64,000 nt of DNA, taken from the NCBI RefSeq assembly GCF_009914755.1, contig NC_060930.1; one strand, written 5' to 3'. Below are positions 16,593 through 33,291 of this stretch, one piece after another. The first letter of the stretch is position 1. Each line of letters begins with the position of its first letter. The translations under genes and the position numbers were made by a program. Origin of the DNA: the human T2T-CHM13v2.0 reference genome, Homo sapiens. The notes under the pieces were generated by a model, which saw only the letters and a program-made list of their open reading frames with translations, was not told the origin of the DNA and did not search any database.

Positions 16593-16781
16593 GGTTTCAC
16601 CTACCCTGGTTATTTGATGGAAGGGCATCAGGGTAGAGCTGCCACTTAGGGCACACAGCACAGGACTGCCCGGGCGGCAGAAAGATGCACATTCATGTTC
16701 CAAGGCACGTCCAGGCACCGGGTGCTGAGGGCGTCCTGATCTTTGCTGTTCTTGCTAGCATTTCCTGAGCCCCTTGCACTG
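16593..16781 (+). ncRNA. Candidate 189 nt exon in unique GC-richer DNA
   Basis: Acceptor ttctgtgtgccttcttgtccag; donor CTG|GTGAGT. Confidence 0.3.
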
Positions 16782-17670
16782 GTGAGTGGGGTAACAGGAT
16801 AGTAGTGTGCCTTTTATTAGAGACACCAAAGATTAGAAATGGTATGTTTTCCAGCCTAGATTTTGCCATTGCTCAGCACAGCGGTGCTCAGTAATCCGTG
16901 GTGCCTTGTGGCCCTACTATGCGGCAGCGCTCTTCCCTGGAGGGTAGGCATCACCCTCCAGTTTCTTCCATCCCCATCTGACTGAGGCACTGTCACTGCC
17001 CTCTCATGAGCAGGTGCAGGAGGACCACACTGAGCCCATCCCAGGTCAGTTGCTACTTTTGTGGTACCTTGGTATTGTATAATCTCAACACTGAAGGCTT
17101 TGTGGGATTGAAATATGACTGCTTTTTACCTCTAAGACTTAGAAATAATATGGCGAAGGCATGCTCAAGAAGGAAACAACACCGCTCAGCCCTTCACATG
17201 TCTTCTAGGTGACCTTGCTACTGTGTCCCAGGGCCTTGTAACTGTTTTCCTCGGGGCTGATGGATTTATTGTAAGGCAGCTAATAGAAGAATGATTGGTG
17301 GCTATAGCATAAAGGATTCACATTATGAATAAGTAACTTGTTGTATTGAGCTAGACATTGCTAAGAATATAACCATCCAGGGGGATTCTTGGCAGAATGC
17401 CAGAGGACAGGGATGGAAATGCAGTGTTTGATCTTTAGAAAGTCACTGAAGTGCTTTCCTTCAGATTCTTCCATTGCAAAACCTCCTGATTATTGCCTGG
17501 CTTGGTGGTGTTATGAAAATGATTTTTAAAAATATGTAAAGTTTAAAATCATTATACAAACCAAATATAGAAGTTATAAAAATATGCACAGAATTACAGC
17601 ATTCAGAAAATGTGCAGATTAACTCTACCTAAGTATTGAACATCTCTTTTCCTTTAAAAAAGTCTCCTAG

Positions 17671-18648
<978 letters not shown>

Positions 18649-21399
18649 CTCTTCTAGAAATTTGAATACCTTAAGGTGGTATAGGGACTAGACATTTTGT
18701 GGGGGAGACTTCCTCATTGTAGACCCTTTAGTTATAGCTGGTGAAGAATCTGAGGGGGTCCCTAACTATTCTTGAGAGAAAAAGGATATGAGTTTAAAAA
18801 AAAAATACTTGTTTTCTCTCAAAGGGGTGACCTTTGGAACGAGGAAGGAAGTAGCTCCTGTTCCTGTCCTTGGAACTAGGAATTAGGAGCCTCTTGGACA
18901 GTCTGTCCTCAGTCTTGTAGAATTATGGTAATAGGTTTCTGTTGAAAATGAGGAGGGGGAAGGGGACATTGTGGTCAAGTAAGTTTGGGATTTCAGTAAG
19001 GTTAATTGGTTTCTGTTGCTGTAGACTCTTTACATGCTGCCCTGAATGGCCTCTGTTCAACAAGGAGGTGTTATAGGCAGGGTTTCCCAAACTTCATTAA
19101 GCATGGAGCACCTCCTTTCATGCTACCACTCCTTTAATTTTAAACTACTTTACTAGTTTAAACTACTAAAAACTACTTTAAACTACTTTAGTTTTTAAAC
19201 CTATTACCATATTGTTCTGTGGAAGATAGTTTGGTAAATGCAGATTTAAGGTCAACTATGGCGAAGAGAAGTGGCCAGCACAAACACAGAAATGGGTTAC
19301 AGGAAGAAATATGAATGGATTGAAGCAATAATTGCATTCTGCCCCTGTTGGAGGAGCTCAGAGAAAGACCATTTGGAGGACAAAGTTCTATACAATATAC
19401 CATTCACTCTAGCTGGGTAACTTGTAATGGCACCAACCCTCATGTTTGCTAGTTAGGGAGTCTGTGGCCTTTTGCTATCTTGTTGGGCTGACTCTGTGTT
19501 CCATGCATAAAAGTGATAGGGTATCCCAAAACATTTAGTTATAGCACTGGCTCCAGGACCAATGAAGAATGACTTTCAGTCATCTCAAATTCTTAGGTGA
19601 AAATTTGTTTAGACCTTTTGCTATCAAACTACCTCCAATCTAGTAAGACTTGACAGATCCTGATGGACTCCTTAGGCAACACGTGGTTCAAGGAGAAGTG
19701 GCATAAAATTACTTAGCCGAAGTTGTTATTGATAACTTCATTAAAAGTGACCTGTGTGGGATGATCAAGAATTTCTGCTTTGTAGAAAGCACTGAGCTAA
19801 GGTACTGTGAAGGATATGAAGGCAAAGATACAAGGCTTCTGCCAATAAATTAGAAATTAATCTGAAATTTAGGGTACCAAAGCAGTTAGAAAGGTGATCA
19901 GAAGCAATGGGCTTCGCTTGTGAAAGGGCCATGTCTTTGAAAATACTGCTTATTTTCTGTTGGTTGGTTACAATTATTAATTAAGTCAAAATTGTTTAAT
20001 TGTTATTCAAATCATCAACATCCTTAACTTTTCGACTTGACCTGTCATTTTCTGAGAGAGCTGCTTTAGAGCTCTCATTGTATTGGTAGATTATCAGTAT
20101 TTGCTTTTAGTTGTATCAGTTTTCCCTTAATATGTTTCAAGGCTATGTTTCAGATGCATAATGGTTAGCAAGTTATTCACTTGTTATAAAGCTAGGTACA
20201 AGATCATTGTTGTACTTTAAAAACCAGATAGAATGTCATAGCCCCATGCAGTACGGAATCATGGATGTCTCATGTTCTTAACATCTGTAGCTGATGATCA
20301 ACTTGGATAGACCCACCAGAGGCTTGCTCAGGGACCATCTCTAATAGGCACGGAAAGACTGTCACCTAAAATGTCAAAAGGACCAGATGCGCCCAGTAGT
20401 GCCAGATCTGCTTTTAGCAGCTGTGGATAAGGAATCCAGTGTCTGGAACAGACATTTAGTTATAATATTTGAAAAACTTGTAGAAGCACTGGACCAGATT
20501 CCCCAAGCTTAAGAAGTCAATAAAACAAAATTACCCACCTTTAGGCTTTAGGTAGTCAAAGCCTACATTCATGTTGACTGAGCTACAGCCAACCTTACCT
20601 CCCCTCCGCCTTGTCTCCTTTCTTCCTGTCTCATCCCAGATCCCAGTCGTCCTCATTTCAGTTGCATTGTCCAGGGTAGGCATACTTCAGAAGTCTGTGT
20701 TTTATTGCATTATACCGTCATGCCTTTTCTGTGCCACAGGAAAGCCTGTTCTAGAGGAAGGTTACATCTGTGATAAAAACTTTTAGAGTTAAGTAGGGTA
20801 TTAAAGCAATCATTGTGTTTTAAAATAGAAAGACAAGGAATTGCAATTGATCTTAAGTCCTGTATTAAGGCGAGTATTTTCTTTTAATATTCTTTGTCTT
20901 AAAAAAAAATGTGAGGCCTGGCTTCTTATAGTGTTGTAACTTCATATACATTCTTTTGATTTCTAAAGCATAGTCATTCAAAGATAAACGGAGTTCAGCA
21001 ATTTCCCAGGTCCTCATAAATGGAATATAGTAACCAGACTCTTAGTCAAATGCTTGCCAAATCATTTGTCTATGGTTTCCCTTTAATTCCTAAGCCCCTG
21101 CCCTCATTTCTAAGTCTTCTCAATTGAGGACTTCCAGTCACCTCTGTGATCACATATTCTTAAAGCTGCCTCTAACTCCTAACTCTCCTCTTTGAGGAAA
21201 TGAAGGGATTTTAGTACAGCCACATCACTTTGAAGCAGTGTTTGATATCTCTCTCCTTTCCTCCTCCCTGCTCCTCACCCTGCCCTTAATATCAAATTTG
21301 TTAGCAAATCTCACTATATTTACCTTACCAGCTGTCTCATCTCTGCTTTTTCATTTCTACTGCCTTCAGAAAGCAAAAAACTAACATTTGCACATTTAC

Positions 21400-21590
21400 G
21401 ATAAGCTACATGCTATATATTATTTCTTAATTCTTTTAGCCTTGTGCAGTTATCATTAATTGGATTTTACAGATTAGGAGCCTGAAGCTTGCAGAAATCT
21501 AAGTCACTGCATAACTCATGCAACTGGCAGTTTTTGAAACAGTTTGAGATCTAAATACCCAACTGCAACCCCAAGCCCAGTGTCATCTTC
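21400..21590 (-). mobile_element. MIR
   Basis: attttacagattaggagcctgaagct...aagtcactgc core. Confidence 0.5.
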
Positions 21591-21889
21591 ACAGCCGTCA
21601 GATGTGCACGCAGCCCAGCCATGCTGTGTGCACCCGTGTTGGGACTGGGTTCTCTCTCTCTCTCTCTCTTGTTTCTCTGAACTCGTGAACCTCCTGTTCA
21701 TTCAGTCCACCAGGCTGGTCTACTCAAAGTGCTGAGTTAATTATGTCAGGTGTCTGGTCTAAAACTTACAATGACATGTTGTTGCTTGCTCTGTAAGCTC
21801 CAAGGCATTTTTTTTTTCAGTTTTAATTCAAGTGTTCTAAAAAGTATTTTGGGTACAACCAGAACTCTCTCTGCTCCTTGGATTGGAGT

Positions 21890-22105
21890 CAGTGTGAAAG
21901 GAACACAGTGGGCTCTGGGGTCAGCTAGACCTGGATGTGGATCACAGCTCACCTCTTCATTGGGAGGCCTCAGGCAAGTTATTTGCCAACCTCACCTACA
22001 AAAGCATGATGCTAAGCTCATTTCAGTTTAGTTGTGGATATCAGAGCATATGTATACAATGCCTGCCATAGTGAGTGCCTGGCCCTTGGCAGACTGTCAA
22101 ATGGA
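21890..22105 (+). mobile_element. MIR
   Basis: gggctctggggtcagctagacctgg...caggcaagttatt...gcctgccatagtgagtgc. Confidence 0.55.
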
Positions 22106-22588
22106 GCTATGGAGCAGCAGCGGGAGTAATATTATTATCTAGACCTTATCTGTCCTTTTAAACTCAGTTCAGATTCCTTCTCCTTTTTAAATTACTGCAA
22201 CCTGATTTTACCTGCCCCTGCCTCCAAGTTGCTGTATCAGTTAGCCTCTGAACAATTCATTTAGCAATTTTAATTATATATTGCTTCTTGACACTGCTTT
22301 GTGATCTTAAAAACTCTGCTTCAAATACGTACTTGGTTGCTTTTCCTGAGTGCTGTTAATTCCTGCTCTAACGGACTAAAGTAATTTGAAGGCAGGACTA
22401 GGTTTTATGCATGGCACACAGTCTGGTGCCTTACATGTAACTACTCACAAACTTTTTTGATCCAAAATTTAGAAACTTCACACGCATTCATAAGAAATCA
22501 ATAAAAATAAGCTAAGTTGGTTTCAGATACAGAGGGTTCCCAGGAAGGTGTGTACATTGGCAATTAGCCCAAATGTCTTTGTTCATAA

Positions 22589-22739
<151 letters not shown>

Positions 22740-24923
22740 TAATGTGAAAAATATTACAGGGTAAAATTTTAAAACTAAGTAATTTTACTCTCCAATATGT
22801 TTGATAAAACTGTCTTTTAAACTCTGAGAAACCTTAAAACATGGCTGTATATAGAAACATGTTTTATTTTCTTAGAGTTAACCCACTAAATGAGGAAACA
22901 TTCTAATTTTTTCATGATGATTATCTTCCAGGTGTAAATTTTTCTCAGGTGGATTTACATGTTTCTCTCCAGCCTCTCCAATCCAGATAAATAATTCTTC
23001 TCTCCTCCCTACCAAATTTTTCCTTTGGAGAGTCTGATGGAGAGGATGATGCTCTAAAAATATGTCTGAGGAAGGGCTCTTCTAGAGATAAAAATGTGGC
23101 ATCTTTCAGTTGACAAAATAATTTCATTAAGTATGGGCTTCTTAGTTTATTTAAGCACCTCATACTCAGAGCCAGTTGTTAAAAACTCCAAACTTTATCT
23201 ATAATTCCAACTGGAGCTTTGAAGGCCTCTTCTTAAACCATAGAGGCATTGGTGAAAGAAAAATTATTTGGAACAAGTTGTAGGTAAGTCTCACCTGCCA
23301 ACGTGTGTGTTTTATCCTGGTCACATTTCAGTGCATTTGCACAAAGTCTATTTCTAAACAAAAGACATATTATTAATTTTGCCAGTGTTTTGCCTACATA
23401 GAAAAAGGTGTTTGTGGAAATACTTACCTAAGGATGAAAGATGTCTTGTTGATCTGCCAAGCTTAATGTTGCTAAATTGAACTGTGCTGGGAGATCCTTT
23501 GGATGGGCCCTTTCCAAGGAGAATGGGATTCTTCCTTCGTGGGGTCAAGGAGGGGGAGTGAATAGTGGAAACTGGATCCCTCAGCTGAGGAAAGGTTTCC
23601 TCCCCTGGAATAGAATGCATGGTTCTGTGAGCGAATTTGAATGTGTTGCTTTGGGCCCTTGGTCTCACTCGCCTTGTCTACATGGTGATGCTAGAAGAAG
23701 CCTTGGCCAGTGTAGGGCATAGGCTGGTCCAGCGCTCACTAACATTAGAATCCACCAAAATATCTCTCTCAACAACATTCCGAAGAAAATCTTCAAAAAG
23801 TTTTTAAGAATATTTGAACCTTCAGGATTAGGATTTTTTATAGAGAAAGACTGAGAACAAATCAGGATTCAGTCAGTAAAGCCATGCATATATACAACAG
23901 ATGTTATATGCAGGCAATCTTCCACTTAAGCCAGGGTTTTTTTTCCCAAAAGTTCATTTGAAAAACATTTTGGAGTGGATTCTTTCCTTGTTAGACATAA
24001 AGCTATGCATGTGAAGTCTTCAGGCACACAGAGCCTATTTAACTCATCCTGTGCCTGAAATACAGTTAGGGCCATCTGGGGGCCAGTTCCCATTACTGAT
24101 GTTCTTCCCATTGTTCCTGTAAACACTGAAATTCCAATATTTGTGGAGAAAAACCATGTTCTGGAGTGGTTCTTGCAACTAGAGAATGTGGTGGAAACAT
24201 TCTTTATTAGGCCATGTATCTTGATATTAGAGTTTAGAGATACGCCTATTAGCTGTGAAACTATAGTGATATGGAAATCAGTAACCATGTATAAGAATGA
24301 TTCAGGGGAGCTTCATGTGTATATCAGAGCAATAACAGAAGCACCTTATGATTATGTAGCACTTGAACATTTGAAAAATTTATGTATTGTCCCCATTTTA
24401 ATTTTGAAACTCTGAGACCCAAGCATTCTTGTTTGTTTTGTGGCAAGAGCTTAGGTGGAATGATTTGAAATAAACAATAAGGTAGAGGCCAGGATCCCGA
24501 GAGAAGGATGAGGAGACAGTCAGAATGAGGGCCTGAGGGAGGGGAGGGAGAGGCGGATAGTTCAGAAGAGTGTGTCATGGACCACAGGACCATCCTACCC
24601 TCACCGTGTATCCCAAGGCGAGAACCCAAATGTGGATAGTGTTAGGTTGAAGGAGAGAAGGCAGGGGATAAGGAAATGTTTTTCTCCTCCTGTCAGTCAG
24701 CTCCTAATCTTCCCAGTATGGTTTCCTTCTGGTGTCTTCAACACATTCTTCTAGAAAACATTGATAACCTTTGGTCAGCTCCTGCATTTGAGGAACATGT
24801 TGAGCTAAAAAGCATTTTTAAGCAGGGCTAGGAACCATATATATACCATTGGAACCCGGAACAGATTTTCCTGTAGAAATAAACAACCATTTACAAAGAG
24901 TGTTTTGGAACAAGCTCCATCTT

Positions 24924-25221
<298 letters not shown>

Positions 25222-25554
25222 CAAGCTCCATCTTTAAATGTGTTCTGCCTGTGCTTGCAGGAACCGGTGAGGCTGTGAAGAGAATAGTAAAACGCTGCAT
25301 TCTCACGGGGGTTCAAAGCTTTTTCCTCTGAAACGCAATGAACTGTTCTACCACTTCCTACACCTCGAGACAAGTGTCAACTATGTATTTTTTAGACAAA
25401 AAATTTGAAAGCTTTTTATGTTTTATGATATTTTATGAACATGAGCTTTTCTATCTGAAGAACTTTAAAGCACTTATGAAAAGTATGATGATACTCATGG
25501 GGTCACTTTAGAGTACACAAGAAAACAGACGGGAAGAGGTTTGTTGACATGAAA

Positions 25555-25583
25555 TGCTGACCTGCTGACCTGCTGACCTGCTG
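25555..25583 (-). repeat. (TGCTGACC)3.6 tandem; minus strand reads AGGTCA-gc-AGGTCA-gc-AGGTCA
   Basis: Read directly from the sequence. Confidence 0.85.
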
Positions 25584-26060
25584 TGAGATATTGAACACGT
25601 TATTTTTCTTCCCCCATGGTCGTTCTTCTGACCATCTTGAAAGATAGCCAAGAAAGCTTTTTCTTCTAATTATTTCCAGTTATTGTAGGTTCATTCAGAC
25701 CTGCAATTAAACAAATTATCCATGTTTTGAGAATATTGATTTTAAACATTAAATGTTTACATTTCTATATAGAGAGAATTCATTCTCTGCCCCCTACCAC
25801 CAGATTTTAGCCTTAAAGGCAAGTTATTTAGTTTTGCTTATTCTCATACACTGAACAGTTGTTTAGCAAATGGCTTAAATAATGTGGTCTCTTGATTCAG
25901 GAAAATGTGGCTCACAAATGAACCATTTAGAGCAAATGGTGCATCTTTTATATCTTAGATTTATAGTGCAATGAAGACATACTCTAAAGTTCATATTTTT
26001 ATTTTTATGGTTCAGTATATTTGCAGGAAGAAAGGACTAGAGATTTTTCAGGCACTTTCT

Positions 26061-26376
26061 TTTCTCTCTCTCTCTCTCTCTTTTTTTTTTTTTTTTGAGA
26101 TGGAGTCTCACTCTGTTGTCCAGGCTGGAGTACAGTGGCATGATCTTGGCTCACTGCAACCTCCACCTCCTGGGTTCGAATGATTCTTCTGCCTCAGTCT
26201 CCTGAGCAGCTGGGACTACAGGCACCCGCCACCACGCCTAGCTAGTTTTTGTGTTTTTAGTAGAGACGGGGTTTCACCATATTGGCCAGGCTGGTCTCGA
26301 ACTCCTGACCTCGTGATCCGCCCGCCTTGGCCTCCCGAAGTACTGGGATTACAGGTGTGAGCCACTGCGCCTGGCG
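26061..26376 (-). mobile_element. AluS (Sc/Sg-like)
   Basis: Antisense Alu with (CT)n/T tail; TSD ggcactttct. Confidence 0.93.
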
Positions 26377-26464
26377 GGCACTTTCTATACTAATGTTCAA
26401 AGCACATTCACATCTATTGTACCTTTTATCTCCCACTCTCCATCTCCAGGTTTATATTTTCATT

Positions 26465-26990
26465 GGTACTTTATCAGAACACTTTGTACTGTGATAGCAA
26501 CTCTTACTCAAATTTGGTAAAACAAACAGAAATGAGTAAATTGCTCTTGAAGGAGTACAGCCTCTAAGACTCATTGGTTCAGTGACTCAGAAACATCACT
26601 GAGGACTCAGTTTCTTCCCATCTCTCTGCTCCACCATCCGTGGGGTTGGCTTCTTTCTCAGGCAGTTTCCCCTAAGTGGTCACAAGATGTCTACTAGCCA
26701 CAAATGGAATAAGAGGTTCCCTTGTCCATGTGCACCAGGAGACAGAAACCTCTTCACAGCCTTTCAATACATATTGTCCCTTCTTTTGATCTGATGTGGC
26801 CACTTACATCATGAAGGGCAGTAACCATACTCAATGCCCGCACTGATGGGCTTACATCCGGCAGGATCCACCTCTAGGGCTGGGGATGGCTTAGCTCCAG
26901 CTATGCCATATGACTATGTGTAGAAGAAACAAGGAAGTGGTTACCTTGGGGAGAAGTAGAGAACAAATGCTGGGTAAGAAACCAATAGCA
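26465..26990 (-). mobile_element. MLT1-type LTR
   Basis: ggactcagtttcttcccatctctctgctccaccatcc...gttggcttctttctcaggc...gtggtcacaagatg. Confidence 0.7.
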
Positions 26991-27883
26991 CCATTAAAAT
27001 GGGGCCATTGTACTTCATTGTGTTATTCTTTTTATTCTCTAAATAAAACAAATTCTGAATATAATCTGTGAATCCCTGGCTCTTATCTCTACACACTATT
27101 GCAGACTCTCCCTCCTTCTTCAGAGTCCCTCAAGGCATTTCATGGCACTGTGGTGGGGGTGTCTCGTGTTGTGAAGGGCTGTGGTGGTGTCTTCTTCTCT
27201 GGTCCAGGTCGCTGAATCTCCTTGACTGGAAGGTGCTGGCAGTTCAGCTGACACCGCCATCTAGAATCACTCAAGCACAAGAGCCCGCCCTGGGCCAACT
27301 GGGGCTTTGTTCTTTGGGATACGTGCAAGAATCATACCACATTCATCGCAGAATTGGGGGAGATGCTTCTATCTCGGGGAGTTTTAAGTGACAGTTACTC
27401 TATCAGATTACTCTGTTACTTTCTGCTTTCCATTCCTTTGTCTTTAGGATTTAGACATAGGCTGTGGGAACAGAGCCAGATGACAATAAGGCCAATAATT
27501 GGGCTGCTGAGAATGGCTTCCAAGCTGCTGGCGAGGACAGCTGGGTAGAGATAGGTTGCAACCGGGAGAACAGGCTCCTTGGGGTATTTAGTGCCCGAGT
27601 TAAATAGACCAATATAGGTGATCTGGGAACACATTTATCCTTATGCATGATCTGTGAGAAACTGGGTTCCAGACTTGAAGTCTGGGCTCAGAATGATTTA
27701 GAACACAATCTGTTTGCAGGTTGCAAGTTACTTAAATAAATTATTGCTCTTCTTGCCTCTATTGTCACCCACTCTTCCCCAAAACACTACGTCATTAGAA
27801 GAGAAAGCTAATACAATAGAAAAAATAGAACTTTTCTTCCTGCCTGTATCAAGGCAGTAATGATTTGATTTAATAATGAATGT

Positions 27884-28340
<457 letters not shown>

Positions 28341-29222
28341 CTATGATTTGGCCAACCAGGGGAGTTGGTTGGGGTAGCATGGGAAGCCCACAGGAGCTCA
28401 GTCATAAGGGGAAGGCACAGTTAAGGCTAAAGGAATCCATAATGTATAAACTTGGCCTCACTGAGCCATCTGCCCATGATGGGGTGGGGCCTTGCCTCCA
28501 TCTCTCCTGTGTAATGGTTATCCTGTAGGTGGTCTGATGTCCCCCTCATGTCTTTCCACGTTGGAAATGCTCTCGTTTAGACAACAATTTCCTGTTAAAA
28601 AACAAAAGCATAGCAACAGAAATATGTGGTTTCTTCTGAGTCCTTCCTCTACCCTGGCAGTACTCTGGATGAAAAGAGTCAAGTTCTATAAATATAATGC
28701 AGCTTCCTGGACAAAATGTATTAAAAGGGTCAGATGTTCCACTTTCTGCAATCCAATGGAGTTGTGGTTGTCTGAAGTCAACTGATGCATTCAGGTTGGA
28801 ATGGCGCCCAGGGAAGAGAGTTTAGGAACAAGCATAAACTTGGCCTTCCTCTCATTACACTGAGTTCGCCACAGGATAACACTGTCTCCCACCCTCAAGG
28901 GTTTCCATGGTCTGACCAGCTGCAGCTCCTGTCACTTCCCCATCCCACACTCCCTCTGCTTCGGCTGTGTTGGTCCGTTCATTGCTAACTTGCGTCTGTT
29001 TGCCAGCTTGCTCCATCTTCTCTGCTTGGGGCAGGATCAGATAACCAATGAGCCCAGTGTCTCTACCACTCCCTTTGCTCACCTCTGCAGTACCTAGGTG
29101 TTCATTGCAGACACAGAAAAGACCTACTCCTAAGTATCTCATGTTATTGATGAGAAAATTGCAGTCTGGAGAGAGCTGGCAATACCATCAAACGTGCACA
29201 GCAAGTTCATGTCAGAGACTGA

Positions 29223-29582
<360 letters not shown>

Positions 29583-29614
29583 TGATAAGATTTTTAAATT
29601 TTCTCCAAAAGGGG

Positions 29615-29640
29615 GTGTGTGTGTGTTTGTGTGTGTGTGT
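29615..29640. repeat. (TG)n microsatellite
   Basis: Read directly from the sequence. Confidence 0.85.
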
Positions 29641-31084
29641 ACAATGCTTAGGGATGCCAAGCTATTTAAATCATATAGCATGAAAACTGGGCCTGTCTAA
29701 ACATATATTAGGGTTGGGTCTGCATCACCTTTAGTTAGCTAACTACTAATATTTCAAGTTTTTAGCATCCCTAAAATGTTTGCTCACCAGTCTTTTTAAA
29801 TATTATATTGCTGCGGACATAATTTTTTTAAAAAGAGTTTCTACATATGATTTTGTGAATACTTAGCCTTTGACTAAGGATTGACTCTGAAAAGGCTGTT
29901 TCTATTATCTGTTCAGCCAAGTCTTGTGTTTTCAACATATATGTACTAAACAGCATTATGTTGTCTTAATATGACACTAAAATGGGGTTCAAGGCAGAAC
30001 ATACTTCTGTTTGTTACAATTTAGGATCATAAGGTATCTTGGAAAATAGTAGTCTGAAGTACAGAATCCAAGGACAGCCTCCTGTGGTTTATTACTTTTA
30101 TTTATAGCAGTCTACTTTTTCCTATTTGCAACAGATTTGGCTAAACAATGTTTTATTAATTCAAGCAGGAATATTTTCCTGCATTGAATTTGCATTAAAA
30201 TTGCCTAGGAAATAATATTACCCGGTTTTCCTCACACACCCTCTATGCTGCTAGAGAACTTTTAGAAAAGCTGAATTCAGAAGTCTGCAAAGAAATGAAA
30301 CTGTGAAAAGTAGAGGTGACTCTCCTTTAGAACTACAAGGGATAGTGAATCCATCAGCAGTCACAAGTAAAAATACTGTCTTCTTGTGGTAGAGTGCTAC
30401 TTATTCCTTTAAAAGCTTTTCCAGCCCATCAGCAGGTATTAAAATGTTCAAGGCCTCTTGTCTTTTTGTAAGATGTGTGTATAAAAAAGAATTCAGAGCA
30501 GAAGGTTTGAAGATTATCTTGTATACAAGGGCGGCTAAAATACGTGCAATAGGTCTTTCCAGGAATATGAAAGTGAAGATTGATGCCGAAAGTCTCATTG
30601 CTGTTTTTCTAAACTGGTTGCTGTTGGCTGTGAAAGCTTTCTTTGAATTAGTGAAGGTTTCATGTGCCCACACATAGCCTGAAGTGAGAAACTCACTGTT
30701 GCTTGTGCTTGCCAAAAGCAGACATAAAGCATTGGCTGCCCTACCTGTAACTTCTGCTAAAAACAGAACACAAAATTATCATGGGAGCCTTCAACAGCTA
30801 GAACACCATCTAAACAAAGTAAAAAGTGATTGGATTCTTTATGGCTCCCTCAAAGATTTTTCAACTCCCTGTAGTCCAGTTCCAAAAAAAGGAATGATGG
30901 TTTTCTTGGAGAGCCAACAGTTCCCTTTGTAAGTTTCTGGAATTTTTGTACATGATATTTTGAGTTCTTCTACAATAAAATTTAATGGTCCATTTGAGAA
31001 AGTGTACTCATATTAAATGTAGTGTCTATTATTGGGTAGTCTGAGACAATTCCTGAGTGCTCAACTCTCCTTTGATCTGTCGAA

Positions 31085-31235
31085 ACATAGTGGTTGCCAT
31101 GGAGTCTTGCTGGCCGATGACCAAGTAGGAGTTCCACATTCCACTCAGCTGGGCGCAGTGTTCCTAATCAGGCCGGACCTGAAACTCTAGCACAAAGGAC
31201 TTTAAAACCGGAATGCTTTATGTGTAATCACTGAA
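31085..31235. promoter_or_regulatory. Candidate enhancer: RFX X-box-like GTTGCCATGG and two TEAD MCAT words
   Basis: ggttgccatggag, cattcca, ggaatg and several CpGs in unique DNA. Confidence 0.3.
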
Positions 31236-32038
31236 AATAAGTTGATTATTTGTAGGGCAGAGTATGGTAAAGGTTAAAAATTTCATGTTTCACTTATTTA
31301 AATTTTGATTTGTTTCTGGAAAAATATTTTAGTCTTCTGATGATATGAAATGTAAAATTCTCTCTAGTCCCCCTGCTTTGTACAAAGTAATACAAAACAA
31401 GATTTGTCTTATTTGACCTTAAATATAAATAAAATGGCAGCTGAATTATTGTGAGCAATGTAGCTCAAGTATCTGGCCGTCATCTTTGCATTTTATTGCA
31501 GTGATGACTCCATGCCATTGTTAATCTGGATTTATTTTTAAACAGTTTAACTAGGGCCTTTTTTTGCAGGCTTTTCTTTGTTTCTCCCCTACTTAGTTCT
31601 GAGGAAAGCCTAAAATAAGATCCCTGTAAACACTGATGTTCATTTTTTAACTCAAACATTTGCACAGCCCCACTGTGGGTTCAGGAAAGACAAAAGGAGG
31701 CTCCTGACTTAGATCTAGCCCTCAAATAGAGAGGGGAGAAAGCCTTGAAGACACATCACTGTAGATAGCTGGGATGTGTTTTTGCTGTACAGAATGAGTA
31801 GGAGTGAGGAGAAAAGATGACTTTTGCCTGGATAGATGGGGGGTTGAAGAGGCTTCTGAGATGGTTTTTGATTGCCTACCGAGGTCATTCTCTGACCTAG
31901 TTTGATGTCTAACTCCCTTATAATTGCATCAGCTTGAACCCATAAGGCTTCAGTCTGTGGGGAGAATTAACCCTTTAGCTAATGGATAAAATAACGCGAC
32001 GTTCTTTGGGGTTAAATTTTTGCCTAAATTACTTTTAA

Positions 32039-32545
<507 letters not shown>

Positions 32546-33047
32546 TAACTAAGGGATTTTTGTGTTTAAAGAAAACAGTGGCTTTATTAATTTTTACCCT
32601 TGGTCCTCAATGAGATAATTGTTTATTTTTCTTCATAAGCCCCATGGATTTTGATAGAAGAAAAATATTGATTATACAGTATTTTCACATATGTTTATGT
32701 TTTCAAAGTAAATAAACAATGAGGAATCAATTTTCAAAAATCAGTAACATTGTGGGTTTTTTTCTAATAAAAAATCAACTTACACAGGTTTTTCTTTTCA
32801 TAGCCTTCCACTGACCTTTATTTCATTGACTTTATAAGGAATATGTTCTATTTTGTTCATATTTGTTCATATTTTTAAAGCCATGTATAAGATAAACGTT
32901 GCGTTTGTAATAAAGAGTAAACCTAAGAACAAGGCACAGAGATGGAAGGCTAACCCAGAAGGACAACATCGAAGCCCTGAGCAGGGCAGCCACCTACGCT
33001 ACACAGCCGCAGCATGCGCTACCAGTACCAGTCACAAATCTGAGCAT

Positions 33048-33066
33048 GGGCGCCCCCTGGAGTTGT
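33048..33066 (-). promoter_or_regulatory. CTCF core motif
   Basis: Minus strand ACTCCAGGGGGCGC vs consensus CCACCAGGGGGCGC; local CpG retention. Confidence 0.55.
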
Positions 33067-33291
33067 ACCAACATGTCAGTCCTAGAACTAAGGGTAATAA
33101 AAAATGCTTTTGCATTCTTGTGCTCATTCAGCAAAACTTTGGAGTTCCCTATTTATCCTGGGAAGAGTGGGGAAACCCTGGGCCACATGAGCATACATAG
33201 ATAGCTAAAGGGTCTGTTGGTTGTTGACCCCACATAGTCCATTTGGCTGAGGGAAATGACATAATGTTAACGCTTATGTTGCTTCTTTTTC

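Noticed and set aside
19139-19200. Degenerate aaactacttt repeats, plus short duplications at 4449-4493 and 49709-49748
   Set aside because: Ordinary slippage products; no repeat-spacer architecture, so not CRISPR-like.
23722-23760. ggctggtcc resembling a Y RNA 5' end
   Set aside because: No further Y RNA similarity or complementary 3' stem.
24529-24548. G-quadruplex pattern GGGcctgaGGGaGGGGaGGG
   Set aside because: Fits the pattern, but such motifs are very common and no context supports a function.
30401-30932. Overlapping ORFs on both strands in unique DNA
   Set aside because: No recognisable homology or convincing exon structure; more plausibly non-coding.
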